A DNA stretch of 49,957 nt. Origin: Thermotogota bacterium. Lineage in GTDB: Bacteria > Thermotogota > Thermotogae > MWEM01. Below are positions 35,848-44,554 of the stretch, piece by piece; positions within the stretch are counted from its first letter, which is position 1, and each line of letters begins with the position of its first letter. A program made the translations under genes and the position numbers. The stretch covers positions 1-49,957 of the forward strand of contig JAYEGQ010000174.1 of the NCBI GenBank assembly GCA_034659095.1, given 5' to 3'. Under the pieces are notes generated by a model that was not told the DNA's origin, did no database searches, and saw nothing but the letters and a program-made list of their open reading frames with translations.

Positions 35848-36424
35848 TATCCTCATTATGATTGCCGCTTTGGCGGCAGGGATTCTGTTTGGCAATCTCT
35901 CAGGTTTTGTGGTTCATTCGGATGTGATTACCGGTGTTTTGATGGTTCTTGTTTTTCTTGTTGGTGTGGATATTGGCCGTGAGGAAAACATCTTAAGTAA
36001 GATAAAGGTGAATATCAAACATATCATTGGCCAATCTGTTTTAACCATCATCGGAACCTTTTTGTTCGTATTGATCGCCTCGTTTTTTCTGCCTTACAAC
36101 ATCAAAGAAACAATCGGTGCATCAGCGGGTTTTGGATGGTATTCCCTTTCAGGCATCATGATCAGCCAATTGTATTCCCCCCTGTTGGGAACGGTTTCTT
36201 TTTTATCAAATGTATTCAGAGAGCTCCTTTCAATCATTCTCTTACCCTTTTTGGCAAAAATCAACCAACGAGCGGCCGTTTCTACAGCCGGTGCCACCGC
36301 AATGGATGTTCTGCTGGGATTGATTTCAAAAACCACCTCAAGAAAAAACACCCTAATCGCCTTCGGCCAGGGTGTGATTTTATCTCTTTTAGTGCCTTTG
36401 ATTATTAGTTTTATTTTTATGTGA
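35840..36424 (+). CDS. LysO-family (DUF340) lysine-exporter-like membrane protein, large part
   Basis: Contains GASAGFGWYSLSGIMISQL and SNVFRELLSIILLPFLAK, as in YbjE/LysO. AGGTGA lies 6 nt before ATG 35840, which overlaps the preceding ORF by 8 nt. Confidence 0.75.
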   Translation: MIDILIMIAALAAGILFGNLSGFVVHSDVITGVLMVLVFLVGVDIGREENILSKIKVNIKHIIGQSVLTIIGTFLFVLIASFFLPYNIKETIGASAGFGWYSLSGIMISQLYSPLLGTVSFLSNVFRELLSIILLPFLAKINQRAAVSTAGATAMDVLLGLISKTTSRKNTLIAFGQGVILSLLVPLIISFIFM

Positions 36425-36438
36425 GGGATTTTTGGTCT

Positions 36439-37995
36439 TTATCCCCTAAAACCATTTGTAACGGGCAAATTCAAATCATGTACAAAAGAACTCTTTGATA
36501 AACGGGGACCCATAGGTTCCTGGCGTCTTTTATATTCGTTGATTCTCAATAATTGAGCAGTTTTCTTTACCGTTTCTTCTGGATAACCCTGATCAACAAT
36601 TTCTTGAACCGATAGATTTTGCTCCAGAATGCACGCTAATATGCCATCAAGGACTTCATACGGTGGTAGTGAATCCTGATCGGTTTGCCCCGGAGCTAAT
36701 TCAGCAGAAGGGGCCTTTTTCAGTATCTCTGTAGGAATGTGAGCATATCCTTTTCGCATGTTGATAAACGCTGCCAATTTATAACAGTCGGTTTTATACA
36801 GATCGCTGATTGGGGCATATCCGCCGATTGTATCGCCATAAAGTGTGGAGTATCCGGTGGCTGTTTCACTTTTGTTTCCAGTGTTTAGAACAACATAACC
36901 GTATTCGTTGGAAGTGGCCATTAGATAAACACATCTGATTCGTGCTTGTATGTTTTCATCCGTAGTGTTAAATGTTCTTTCGCCAAAAAAATTTGACATG
37001 GCGTTGCTTACAGCTTGATAAACTGATGTTATGGGGATTTGTGCGGTTTTAATTCCAAGATTTTTTGCCAACTTTTGGGAATCATCTAAACTGCCTTGAG
37101 AGCTAAACTGAGAAGGCATTAAAAGGCAAAAGACGTTTTCTCTTCCCAAGGCTTCAACCGCTAACGTGGTAACCAAAGCGGAATCCAATCCGCCGCTTAA
37201 GCCGATTAGAACTTTTTTAAAACCGTTTTTGTTGATATAGTCTTTTATTGACTGTGTGATGGCTTCAAAAAGAGAGTTCATATCATCGGGTAGTCCGTAA
37301 ACAGGAGCGTTTTCCTTTTTGGCGTTCAACTCAAAAGTTATGACATCTTCATTGAAAGATTTTGCACGCATTGTGATTTTCCCGGAAGGATTTGTTAAAA
37401 AACTTCCGCCGTAATAAACCAAATGATCAGTTGTGCCCCCTCGATTTACTTCCAAAAAGTTGTTACCTGTCCGCTTTGAAATAAACGCACCAGTCTTTTC
37501 TCTTTCAAGCTGTATCCCTCTATAAAAAGGCCTTGTATTGAGGTGGACTAGTAATGTATTTGGTGTGGAATCAATATTATTTATCTGAAAGTGGTCTTCT
37601 CTTTCATCCTGAAATATTAAAATGCGTTGACCGTCAATCTCAATGATTTTATCTTGACTATGGTTTAAATCAAACGCACCATTTTTGGATAGTAAAAAAA
37701 CTGTCTCTTCACTATCCTCCACTTTAATAGGGCAAGTAATTAATACCTTTAAAAGGGAATCCTTCAAATGATTAATCAACAAATCCAAACAATTTTTGGC
37801 TTCTTTTAGGAAATGTTCTCTTTTGAATAGCAAGTTGTATTCCATCCCAGTTAGGCTTTGAGCCGGGAAAATGAGTAAGTTACTCTTTGCTTTTATGGCT
37901 TCATTAACTCCTTGAAGGGCTTTTTCCAGATTTCTTTTAAAGTCACCTGGAAAGGGGTTTGTTTGATGTATGGTTATTGTAAATGACGGTTTCAT
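36439..37995 (-). CDS. nadE: two-domain NAD+ synthetase with degenerate N-terminal CN-hydrolase (glutaminase) domain
   Basis: The C-terminal synthetase domain is intact: PP-loop IGLSGGLDSALV, NTGNKSETATGYSTLYGD and QTDQDSLPPYEVLD. AGGAGG lies 9 nt before ATG 37995. Confidence 0.85.
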   Translation of the reverse strand: MKPSFTITIHQTNPFPGDFKRNLEKALQGVNEAIKAKSNLLIFPAQSLTGMEYNLLFKREHFLKEAKNCLDLLINHLKDSLLKVLITCPIKVEDSEETVFLLSKNGAFDLNHSQDKIIEIDGQRILIFQDEREDHFQINNIDSTPNTLLVHLNTRPFYRGIQLEREKTGAFISKRTGNNFLEVNRGGTTDHLVYYGGSFLTNPSGKITMRAKSFNEDVITFELNAKKENAPVYGLPDDMNSLFEAITQSIKDYINKNGFKKVLIGLSGGLDSALVTTLAVEALGRENVFCLLMPSQFSSQGSLDDSQKLAKNLGIKTAQIPITSVYQAVSNAMSNFFGERTFNTTDENIQARIRCVYLMATSNEYGYVVLNTGNKSETATGYSTLYGDTIGGYAPISDLYKTDCYKLAAFINMRKGYAHIPTEILKKAPSAELAPGQTDQDSLPPYEVLDGILACILEQNLSVQEIVDQGYPEETVKKTAQLLRINEYKRRQEPMGPRLSKSSFVHDLNLPVTNGFRG

Positions 37996-38167
37996 ACCTT
38001 TAGGCCTCCTTGAAAGTCTGTTCATGTAAAATACCTTTTTGATAACGGTTTTTCGATTATATCACGAAGAAAAATGAGGAATTTTGTGAAAATATAGATG
38101 GTGCTGTTAACAGGGTTAAATGGTCTTATTAAATTAAGACAATACTTATGGTTTTTTTACAGAGTTT

Positions 38168-38176
38168 TGTTATAAT
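38168..38176 (+). promoter_or_regulatory. extended -10 element (TGtTATAAT) upstream of the TauE/SafE gene
   Basis: TGTTATAAT lies 29 nt upstream of ATG 38205. The -35 box is poor. Confidence 0.4.
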
Positions 38177-38204
38177 CCAGTAGAGGCTAAAAATTGATAA
38201 AGGA

Positions 38205-38948
38205 ATGATCCTATTGCTCAATTATGTTTGGATATTTCTCGCCGGTGCCATTTCCGGTTTTGTAAATGTTTTGGCGGGTGGAGGCTCGATGTTGACGCTG
38301 CCAGCTCTTTCATTGCTGGGAATGGATTTATCGGTTGCCAATGGGACCAACAGAATCGGTGTTCTATTTACCAACACCATGGGAACGTTGAAATTTCACA
38401 AAAGCGGTACGTTACATTTAAAACGTGCAATATTCTTGATGATCCCCACTACAATTGGCGCCATTCTGGGTGCCTTTATCGCAGTTGATATAGATGAAAG
38501 CCTGCTTAAGAATATCGTTGGTTATATTTTTCTTGGTTTAAGTGTATTGATTATATTTAAACCAAATTTATGGACAAAGGAAAGAAAGGTTAAAAGAAGA
38601 ACCTGGTTGTCCACCTTGGTATTTTTTGTGATTGGAATCTACGGCGGCTTTCTACAAGCCGGAGTGGGTTTTTTCCTTATGAGTGCATTAGTATTGTTGG
38701 AAGGGTTTGATTTGGTCAAAACAAATGCCGCAAAGGTTTTTATCATCCTTTGTTATACGGTTTTTTCATTGATTATCTTTGCCTTAAACGGGAAAGTGGA
38801 CTATCTGGCAGGTGTTGTTCTGGGTTTGGGTGGTGCTCTTGGTGCCTATATAGGGGCACATACGGCCATAAAAAAAGGAGCTGGATTTATCCGTTACATT
38901 GTTTTTGTAGCAGTAATTGCCAGTGCGATTAAATATATCGTTATATAG
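38205..38948 (+). CDS. TauE/SafE-family (DUF81) anion exporter/permease
   Basis: 247 aa with 7-8 TM helices. The duplicated motifs GGGSMLTLPAL, GTNR and GGFLQAGVGFF are typical of the family. The start may instead be the TTG at 38214. Confidence 0.85.
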   Translation: MILLLNYVWIFLAGAISGFVNVLAGGGSMLTLPALSLLGMDLSVANGTNRIGVLFTNTMGTLKFHKSGTLHLKRAIFLMIPTTIGAILGAFIAVDIDESLLKNIVGYIFLGLSVLIIFKPNLWTKERKVKRRTWLSTLVFFVIGIYGGFLQAGVGFFLMSALVLLEGFDLVKTNAAKVFIILCYTVFSLIIFALNGKVDYLAGVVLGLGGALGAYIGAHTAIKKGAGFIRYIVFVAVIASAIKYIVI

Positions 38949-38965
38949 AAAAAAGGGGGATGTAA

Positions 38966-40744
38966 ATGAACAAATTATTAACCGGAAACGAAGCCGTTGC
39001 AAGAGGCGCTTATGAAGCCGGAGTAACCATCGGCTCTGCTTATCCTGGAACACCAAGTACTGAGATCTTTGAAAATTTGGCGCAATACGATGAAATTTAT
39101 TCTGAATGGGCTCCCAATGAAAAAGTGGCAGCGGAGGTTGTGGTTGGTGCGTCTATGGCCGGCGCCAGAGCATTATCCGCTATGAAGCACGTTGGTATGA
39201 ATGTGGCATCCGATCCCATATATACCCATGCCTATCTGGGAGTGAACGGAGGTTGCGTCTATGTGACTGCAGATGATCCTGGGCTTCACTCATCACAGAA
39301 CGAACAGGATAACCGATATGTTGCCCTCCATGCCAAGATACCCATGTTAGAGCCCTCAAACAGTCAAGAGTGTAAGGATATGATTGGTAAAGCATATGAA
39401 ATTAGCGAAAAGTACGATGTTCCAATCATCTTTAGGATGACCACCAGAGTTTGTCATTCCAAGAGTGTGGTGGCTTTGGGTGAAAGAACAGAAGTGGGGA
39501 TAAAGAAGTATGAAAGGAATATTCCAAAGTTTGTGGCAACACCGGCAGCGTGCAGGCGTCATCATGTGGAATTGGAAGAAAAGCTTCAACGTTTGGAGGA
39601 GTTTTCCAATGAGACCGATTTGAATTTTACTTTAATTAACAAAGATGCCAAAATAGGTGTGATTACTTCGGGAATCTCTTTTGAATATGCCAAAGAGGTT
39701 TTCGGAGAACAGGCTTCATACCTGAAACTTGGCTTTACCTACCCGATTCCGAAACAAAAGATCAAAGATTTTGCAGCCACTTACGAAACCCTGTATGTGG
39801 TAGAGGAAAACGATCCCTATTTGGAGACTCAAATCAAGGCATTGGGAATTTCAATTTTGGGAAAGGAAAAGATTCCCATAACAGGTGAACTGAATCCGGA
39901 AATTATTGCTTCTTCATTGTTGTCAGAGCGACCTGATTATGTTCAGCAAGACAAAGACCTTGTAAAGGGAAGACCCCCCACATTGTGTTCTGGATGTCCG
40001 CATAGGGGTTTGTTTTTTGAATTGAGTAAACGAAAAGATGCTGTGATTACTGGAGATATTGGATGTTACACATTGGGTTCTGCCGACCCCTTGAACGCAA
40101 TGGATAGCGTCATCTGTATGGGAGCAGGGGTTAGTGCAGCTCATGGGTTTGCAAAGGTATTTGAGCAAACAAATGACAACAGAAAAGTATTTGGAGTTGT
40201 TGGTGATTCAACCTTTTTCCATTCAGGTATTACCAGCTTAATTGATATTGTTTATAACCAAAGCAATTGTACGATTATCATCTTGGATAACCGTGTAACC
40301 GGTATGACGGGTCATCAGGAGAATCCCGGAACGGGATACACGTTAAAGGGTAAAAAAGCACCCATTATCGAAATTGAGCCCCTTGTCCTGTCAATCGGCA
40401 TTGAAGATGTCCGTCAGGTGAATCCCAATAACCTGAAAGAGGTGCGGGAGGCCTTGAACGCTGCGTCAATCTTTGAAGGCCCATCGGTGATTATTACTAA
40501 ATGGCCCTGTGCCCTGAAAAAGTTACACGAAGAAGAGAAAAAAGAATATCCCGTTGCCCAATGGGTTTACAAGGTAGATACGGATAAATGCAGGAAATGC
40601 CGCATGTGTTTAAAGGTGGGGTGTCCTTCCATTTCCTTTGACCCCCAGACCGGCTCATTTATCGACCCCAACACCTGCGTTGGGTGTTCAGTATGTGCTC
40701 AAGTGTGTCCGTTTGATGCCATCGAAAGGGCGGGTGATGCTTGA
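38966..40744 (+). CDS. iorA: indolepyruvate:ferredoxin oxidoreductase subunit alpha
   Basis: 592 aa with LTGNEAVARGAYEAGV, the TPP motif GDSTFFHSG, and C-terminal CRKCRMCLKVGCP and CVGCSVCAQVCP clusters. Confidence 0.9.
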   Translation: MNKLLTGNEAVARGAYEAGVTIGSAYPGTPSTEIFENLAQYDEIYSEWAPNEKVAAEVVVGASMAGARALSAMKHVGMNVASDPIYTHAYLGVNGGCVYVTADDPGLHSSQNEQDNRYVALHAKIPMLEPSNSQECKDMIGKAYEISEKYDVPIIFRMTTRVCHSKSVVALGERTEVGIKKYERNIPKFVATPAACRRHHVELEEKLQRLEEFSNETDLNFTLINKDAKIGVITSGISFEYAKEVFGEQASYLKLGFTYPIPKQKIKDFAATYETLYVVEENDPYLETQIKALGISILGKEKIPITGELNPEIIASSLLSERPDYVQQDKDLVKGRPPTLCSGCPHRGLFFELSKRKDAVITGDIGCYTLGSADPLNAMDSVICMGAGVSAAHGFAKVFEQTNDNRKVFGVVGDSTFFHSGITSLIDIVYNQSNCTIIILDNRVTGMTGHQENPGTGYTLKGKKAPIIEIEPLVLSIGIEDVRQVNPNNLKEVREALNAASIFEGPSVIITKWPCALKKLHEEEKKEYPVAQWVYKVDTDKCRKCRMCLKVGCPSISFDPQTGSFIDPNTCVGCSVCAQVCPFDAIERAGDA

Positions 40745-41322
40745 TGAATACATGTAAAAACATCTTGCTGGTGGGCGTTGGCGGCCAAGGTACCATTTTA
40801 ACATCCAAGATCCTTTCAACTGGTTTGTTAAATGCAGGATATGATGTTAAGATGTCGGAAATTCACGGGATGGCTCAAAGAGGTGGTTCTGTTTCAACCC
40901 AGGTTCGATTCGGAGAACGGGTGAACTCACCCATTATTGGCAGAGGAGAGGCAAACATCCTCATCGCATTTGAAAAAATGGAAGCCATGAGATGGTTAGA
41001 ATTTCTGTCCAAATCCGGAAAGTTGATTGTAAACGATCATGAAATAGAATCAGCGCCCATACTCGCAGGCAAAGAATCTTATCCTGAAGGCGTTTTAGAA
41101 GCACTTTCAGAAAAGTCTTCAGCCCTTGTTATCCCTGCAACCAAAATGGCAATCGAATTGGATAGCATTCGTGTGATGAACATCATAATGTTGGGCGTTT
41201 TGGTCAAACAAGCGGGATTGGAAACCATAGACTGGAAAAAAGAGATGAAAAATCTGATTAAACCCAAATTTGTTGATATTAACTTAAAGGCCTTTGAGTT
41301 GGGCTATCAGTATAAAGTTTAG
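40744..41322 (+). CDS. iorB: indolepyruvate:ferredoxin oxidoreductase subunit beta
   Basis: Contains ILLVGVGGQGTILTSKIL and SEIHGMAQRGGSV. Its ATG overlaps the iorA TGA by 1 nt. Confidence 0.9.
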   Translation: MNTCKNILLVGVGGQGTILTSKILSTGLLNAGYDVKMSEIHGMAQRGGSVSTQVRFGERVNSPIIGRGEANILIAFEKMEAMRWLEFLSKSGKLIVNDHEIESAPILAGKESYPEGVLEALSEKSSALVIPATKMAIELDSIRVMNIIMLGVLVKQAGLETIDWKKEMKNLIKPKFVDINLKAFELGYQYKV

Positions 41323-41388
41323 GGGTTTTTGAAAATTATTTTGTGGAACAGATTAACATGTAAAGCTTAAGAAGCTGGGAGGAATAAA

Positions 41389-42288
41389 ATGTCTGTTGAA
41401 AAGTATTTGAAACACATGAGAATTGACAGGTTGCCACATGTTTGGTGTCCAGGATGTGGAAATGGAACCATACTTAAGGCAACTGTTGGAGCAATAGAAG
41501 AATTGGAATTGGATCCATCAAAAATAGCCGTAGTATCCGGAATTGGTTGTTCTTCGAGGGCTACGGGGTATTTGAATTATAATACCATGCACACTCTTCA
41601 CGGAAGGGCCATCGCGTTTGCAACAGGTATTAAACTTTCGCGCCCCGAGATGACTGTGCTGGTCATGACCGGTGACGGAGATGCCGGCGCAATTGGAGGG
41701 AATCACTTTATCCATGCAGCAAGACGCAATATGGACATCAGTGTGATATGTTTTAACAACAACATATACGGTATGACAGGTGGACAATATTCACCAACTA
41801 CTCCTGAACACTCATACGCTACTACTTCTCCATATGGCAATATTGAGGAACCTTTTGATCTTTCAAGGCTGGCGATAACATCAGGAGCTACCTATGTAGC
41901 CAGAAGTACTACGTATCATTTTGTCGCTTTACAGAATTACATTAAAAAGGCAATCACCAACAAAGGTTTTTCGTTGGTTGAAACGATTACTCAATGTCCC
42001 ACATACTATGGCCGATACAACAAAATTGGTACGGCCCCTCAAATGATTAATTATTTCAAGGAAAATGGGATAACCCTTGCCAAAGCACTTTCTGCAATAA
42101 AAGAAATGGAGCCTGATGTTAACTGCGATGGATTCAACGTTAATGCCTTATTGGAAAAGGCTGTTGAAAAGCTTCCTGATAAAATAATTATTGGAGAGTT
42201 TGTCAATAAGAGTAAAAGAGGATACGTTGAAAAATACGATGAGATTTTGGACAAGGCGAAAGAAAAACTTGCCTCCTCAATGGCATAA
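41389..42288 (+). CDS. 2-oxoacid:ferredoxin oxidoreductase beta (TPP-binding) subunit, KorB-like
   Basis: Contains WCPGCGNG, GIGCSSR, VMTGDGDAGAIGGNHFIHAARRN and NNNIYGMTGGQ. A GGGAGG RBS lies upstream. Confidence 0.85.
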   Translation: MSVEKYLKHMRIDRLPHVWCPGCGNGTILKATVGAIEELELDPSKIAVVSGIGCSSRATGYLNYNTMHTLHGRAIAFATGIKLSRPEMTVLVMTGDGDAGAIGGNHFIHAARRNMDISVICFNNNIYGMTGGQYSPTTPEHSYATTSPYGNIEEPFDLSRLAITSGATYVARSTTYHFVALQNYIKKAITNKGFSLVETITQCPTYYGRYNKIGTAPQMINYFKENGITLAKALSAIKEMEPDVNCDGFNVNALLEKAVEKLPDKIIIGEFVNKSKRGYVEKYDEILDKAKEKLASSMA

Positions 42289-42304
42289 TTTGGATGGTGA
42301 TTGA

Positions 42305-42913
42305 ATGATACCTATAGAAAGAAATCCGTTTACTATAAGAATTGGTGGGCTTGGTGGACAAGGAAACATCAAGATGGGTTTGATTTTGGCTAATGCTTTG
42401 ACAACTGACAAAAAATGGGTTATACAAACCCAGCATTATGGGGCCCAGGTTCGTGGTGGTGTAGCCTATAGCGATGTTTTGTTTTGTGATGATCCCATCG
42501 ATTTCCCCATTGCTTATAACTTCAACGTATTGTATATGATGGACCAAAAACCTCTTAACTCATTTTTCCATCTTTTAAAACCTAATGGTGTGCTGATTTG
42601 CGATAGTACATTTGTGAAACAAATCCATGTTAATATTCGAAGGATTACAAAGAAAATTCTGGTTTATCCTGTTACCGAGATTTGTATTGAAAAATTTGGT
42701 ATGGCGGTATTGGCAAATGTTATGGGACTTGGCATCCTTCAGAAGGCAACCGGTATTGTTAACCTTGATGCATTAAAAAAAACAATCAGTGAAGAGGTAC
42801 CTGAGAAATTTGTTGATGTCAATCTTGAGGCGTTGGAATACGGTTATAAACTGTGTGATAAATGTTATACCCTAAAAGAGGAGAAAAAATACACGCCAAT
42901 TAATTTTGAATAA
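42305..42913 (+). CDS. 2-oxoacid:ferredoxin oxidoreductase gamma subunit-like protein
   Basis: Contains IRIGGLGGQGNIKMGLILA and YGAQVRGGVAYSDV, the gamma-subunit signature. Confidence 0.8.
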   Translation: MIPIERNPFTIRIGGLGGQGNIKMGLILANALTTDKKWVIQTQHYGAQVRGGVAYSDVLFCDDPIDFPIAYNFNVLYMMDQKPLNSFFHLLKPNGVLICDSTFVKQIHVNIRRITKKILVYPVTEICIEKFGMAVLANVMGLGILQKATGIVNLDALKKTISEEVPEKFVDVNLEALEYGYKLCDKCYTLKEEKKYTPINFE

Positions 42914-42954
42914 GTCTTTTTGACTGATAGATTGAAACAGAAAGAGGTGAGGTA

Positions 42955-43995
42955 ATGACGAAAGAAACCCGCGTGCTAATATGCGATGACTCGGCTTTTA
43001 TGAGAATGGTTATCAAAGATATTCTTGATTCTCAAAAAGGCTTGGTAGTTGTAGGTCAGGCCAGGGATGGTATGGAAGCTGTGGAAAAAGCCACACAGCT
43101 AAATCCTGATGTGATCACAATGGATGTGGAAATGCCAAAACTAAACGGCTTGGAAGCCATGAAAATTATCACGAAAAAAATGCCCACCAGGGTGATCATG
43201 GTCAGCAGTTTGACAGAAGAAGGTGCTGAAATAACGATAGAAGCTTTGGAAAATGGTGCGGTTGATTTTTTAACAAAACCATCAGGTTCTATCTCAACAA
43301 ATTTTCGAAAGATGGGTGGCGATTTAGTTTCCAAAATCAACAGTGCCATGCTAGTTGATGCGTCTAAGGTCTCGCTTTTAAGAAAGTTGAGAACCATACG
43401 CAAACCAGTAAAAAGAACTTTCACATCTACCGGGAAAATCGTCCTCATTGCCTCATCAACAGGCGGTCCAAAAGCCTTGGATAATGTAATCCCTCAATTA
43501 CCAGGGAATCTACCGGCTCCTGTGGTTGTTGTTCAACATATGCCCGCCGGGTTTACCAAATCTTTGGCTATGCGTTTAAACAAGATTTCAGATATAGAGG
43601 TTCGTGAGGCTGTGGAGGGAGACATTCTTAAAAACTCTGTTGTTTATATCGCTCCGGGTAATTATCATTTGGGTTTGAAAAACGAAGGGTCAGATGTAAA
43701 AGTCTTTTTAGACAAAAGTTCGAAAATAAACGGAGTTAGGCCCGCAGCAGATTTTACATTTGACAGGGGAGCGGAAATCTACAAAAAAAATGTGATTGGT
43801 GTTGTTTTAACGGGAATGGGAAGAGATGGAACAAAAGGATGCTTTAAAATCAAACATTATAAGGGGAAAGTCATCGCTGAGGCAGAAACCACCTGCGTTG
43901 TTTATGGAATGCCCAAATCAGTTGTCAAAGAAGGTTATTCGGATTTTGAGTTGCCTTCACATCAAATAACAAACAAGATTGTGGAACTAATCTAA
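42955..43995 (+). CDS. cheB: chemotaxis response regulator protein-glutamate methylesterase
   Basis: Has an N-terminal receiver domain (LICDDSAFMR..DVITMDVEMPKLNG) and a C-terminal methylesterase domain (IASSTGGPKAL, VVQHMPAGFT, TGMGRDG). Confidence 0.9.
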   Translation: MTKETRVLICDDSAFMRMVIKDILDSQKGLVVVGQARDGMEAVEKATQLNPDVITMDVEMPKLNGLEAMKIITKKMPTRVIMVSSLTEEGAEITIEALENGAVDFLTKPSGSISTNFRKMGGDLVSKINSAMLVDASKVSLLRKLRTIRKPVKRTFTSTGKIVLIASSTGGPKALDNVIPQLPGNLPAPVVVVQHMPAGFTKSLAMRLNKISDIEVREAVEGDILKNSVVYIAPGNYHLGLKNEGSDVKVFLDKSSKINGVRPAADFTFDRGAEIYKKNVIGVVLTGMGRDGTKGCFKIKHYKGKVIAEAETTCVVYGMPKSVVKEGYSDFELPSHQITNKIVELI

Positions 43996-44005
43996 GGGTG
44001 ATGTG

Positions 44006-44494
44006 ATGCTGAAAGCCATGTATCCCGGAACGTTTGATCCAATCACATTCGGTCATATTGATGTGGCCAGGCGAGCTGCAAAGGCCTTTGGAAGGTTGGT
44101 CGTGGTAGTCATGCAAAACCGGGTTAAAAAGGGAGTGCTATTTGATATACAAGAAAGATGTTCAATGATTGAAGAGGTTTTTAGACAAGATGATAATATT
44201 AGTGTTGATTTCCACAGTGGTTTAATGGTAGAGTATGCCAAAGAAAAGAAGATACAAGTAGTTGTTCGTGGGTTGAGAGCTGTATCTGATTTTGAATATG
44301 AGATGCAAATGGCTGCTGCGAACAAAAAAATGTTTACTGAACTGGACACATTTTTTTTGATGACGGATACGAAGTATTCTTTTATTTCTTCGTCACTGGT
44401 CAAAGAGATCGCTTTTCATGGTAGCGCGGTGGATCCATGGGTACCGGAAGTTGTGAAAGAAAAATTAAAAAATAAATTGTCTACAAAAAATTAA
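44006..44494 (+). CDS. coaD: pantetheine-phosphate adenylyltransferase
   Basis: Contains MLKAMYPGTFDPITFGHIDV, RGLRAVSDFEYE and ISSSLVKE. Confidence 0.9.
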   Translation: MLKAMYPGTFDPITFGHIDVARRAAKAFGRLVVVVMQNRVKKGVLFDIQERCSMIEEVFRQDDNISVDFHSGLMVEYAKEKKIQVVVRGLRAVSDFEYEMQMAAANKKMFTELDTFFLMTDTKYSFISSSLVKEIAFHGSAVDPWVPEVVKEKLKNKLSTKN

Positions 44495-44554
44495 AAATCC
44501 ACTCAAAATAAATCCAACGATTTGATAAATAAAGATGATGAAGGGGATGGTTAA

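Noticed and set aside
44495-44554. A lysine (L-box) riboswitch might have been expected upstream of kamA, or upstream of the LysO genes at 35544-35553.
   Set aside because: The intergenic regions are only 60 nt and 10 nt. That is far too short for an approx. 180-nt L-box, and no conserved L-box helices are visible.
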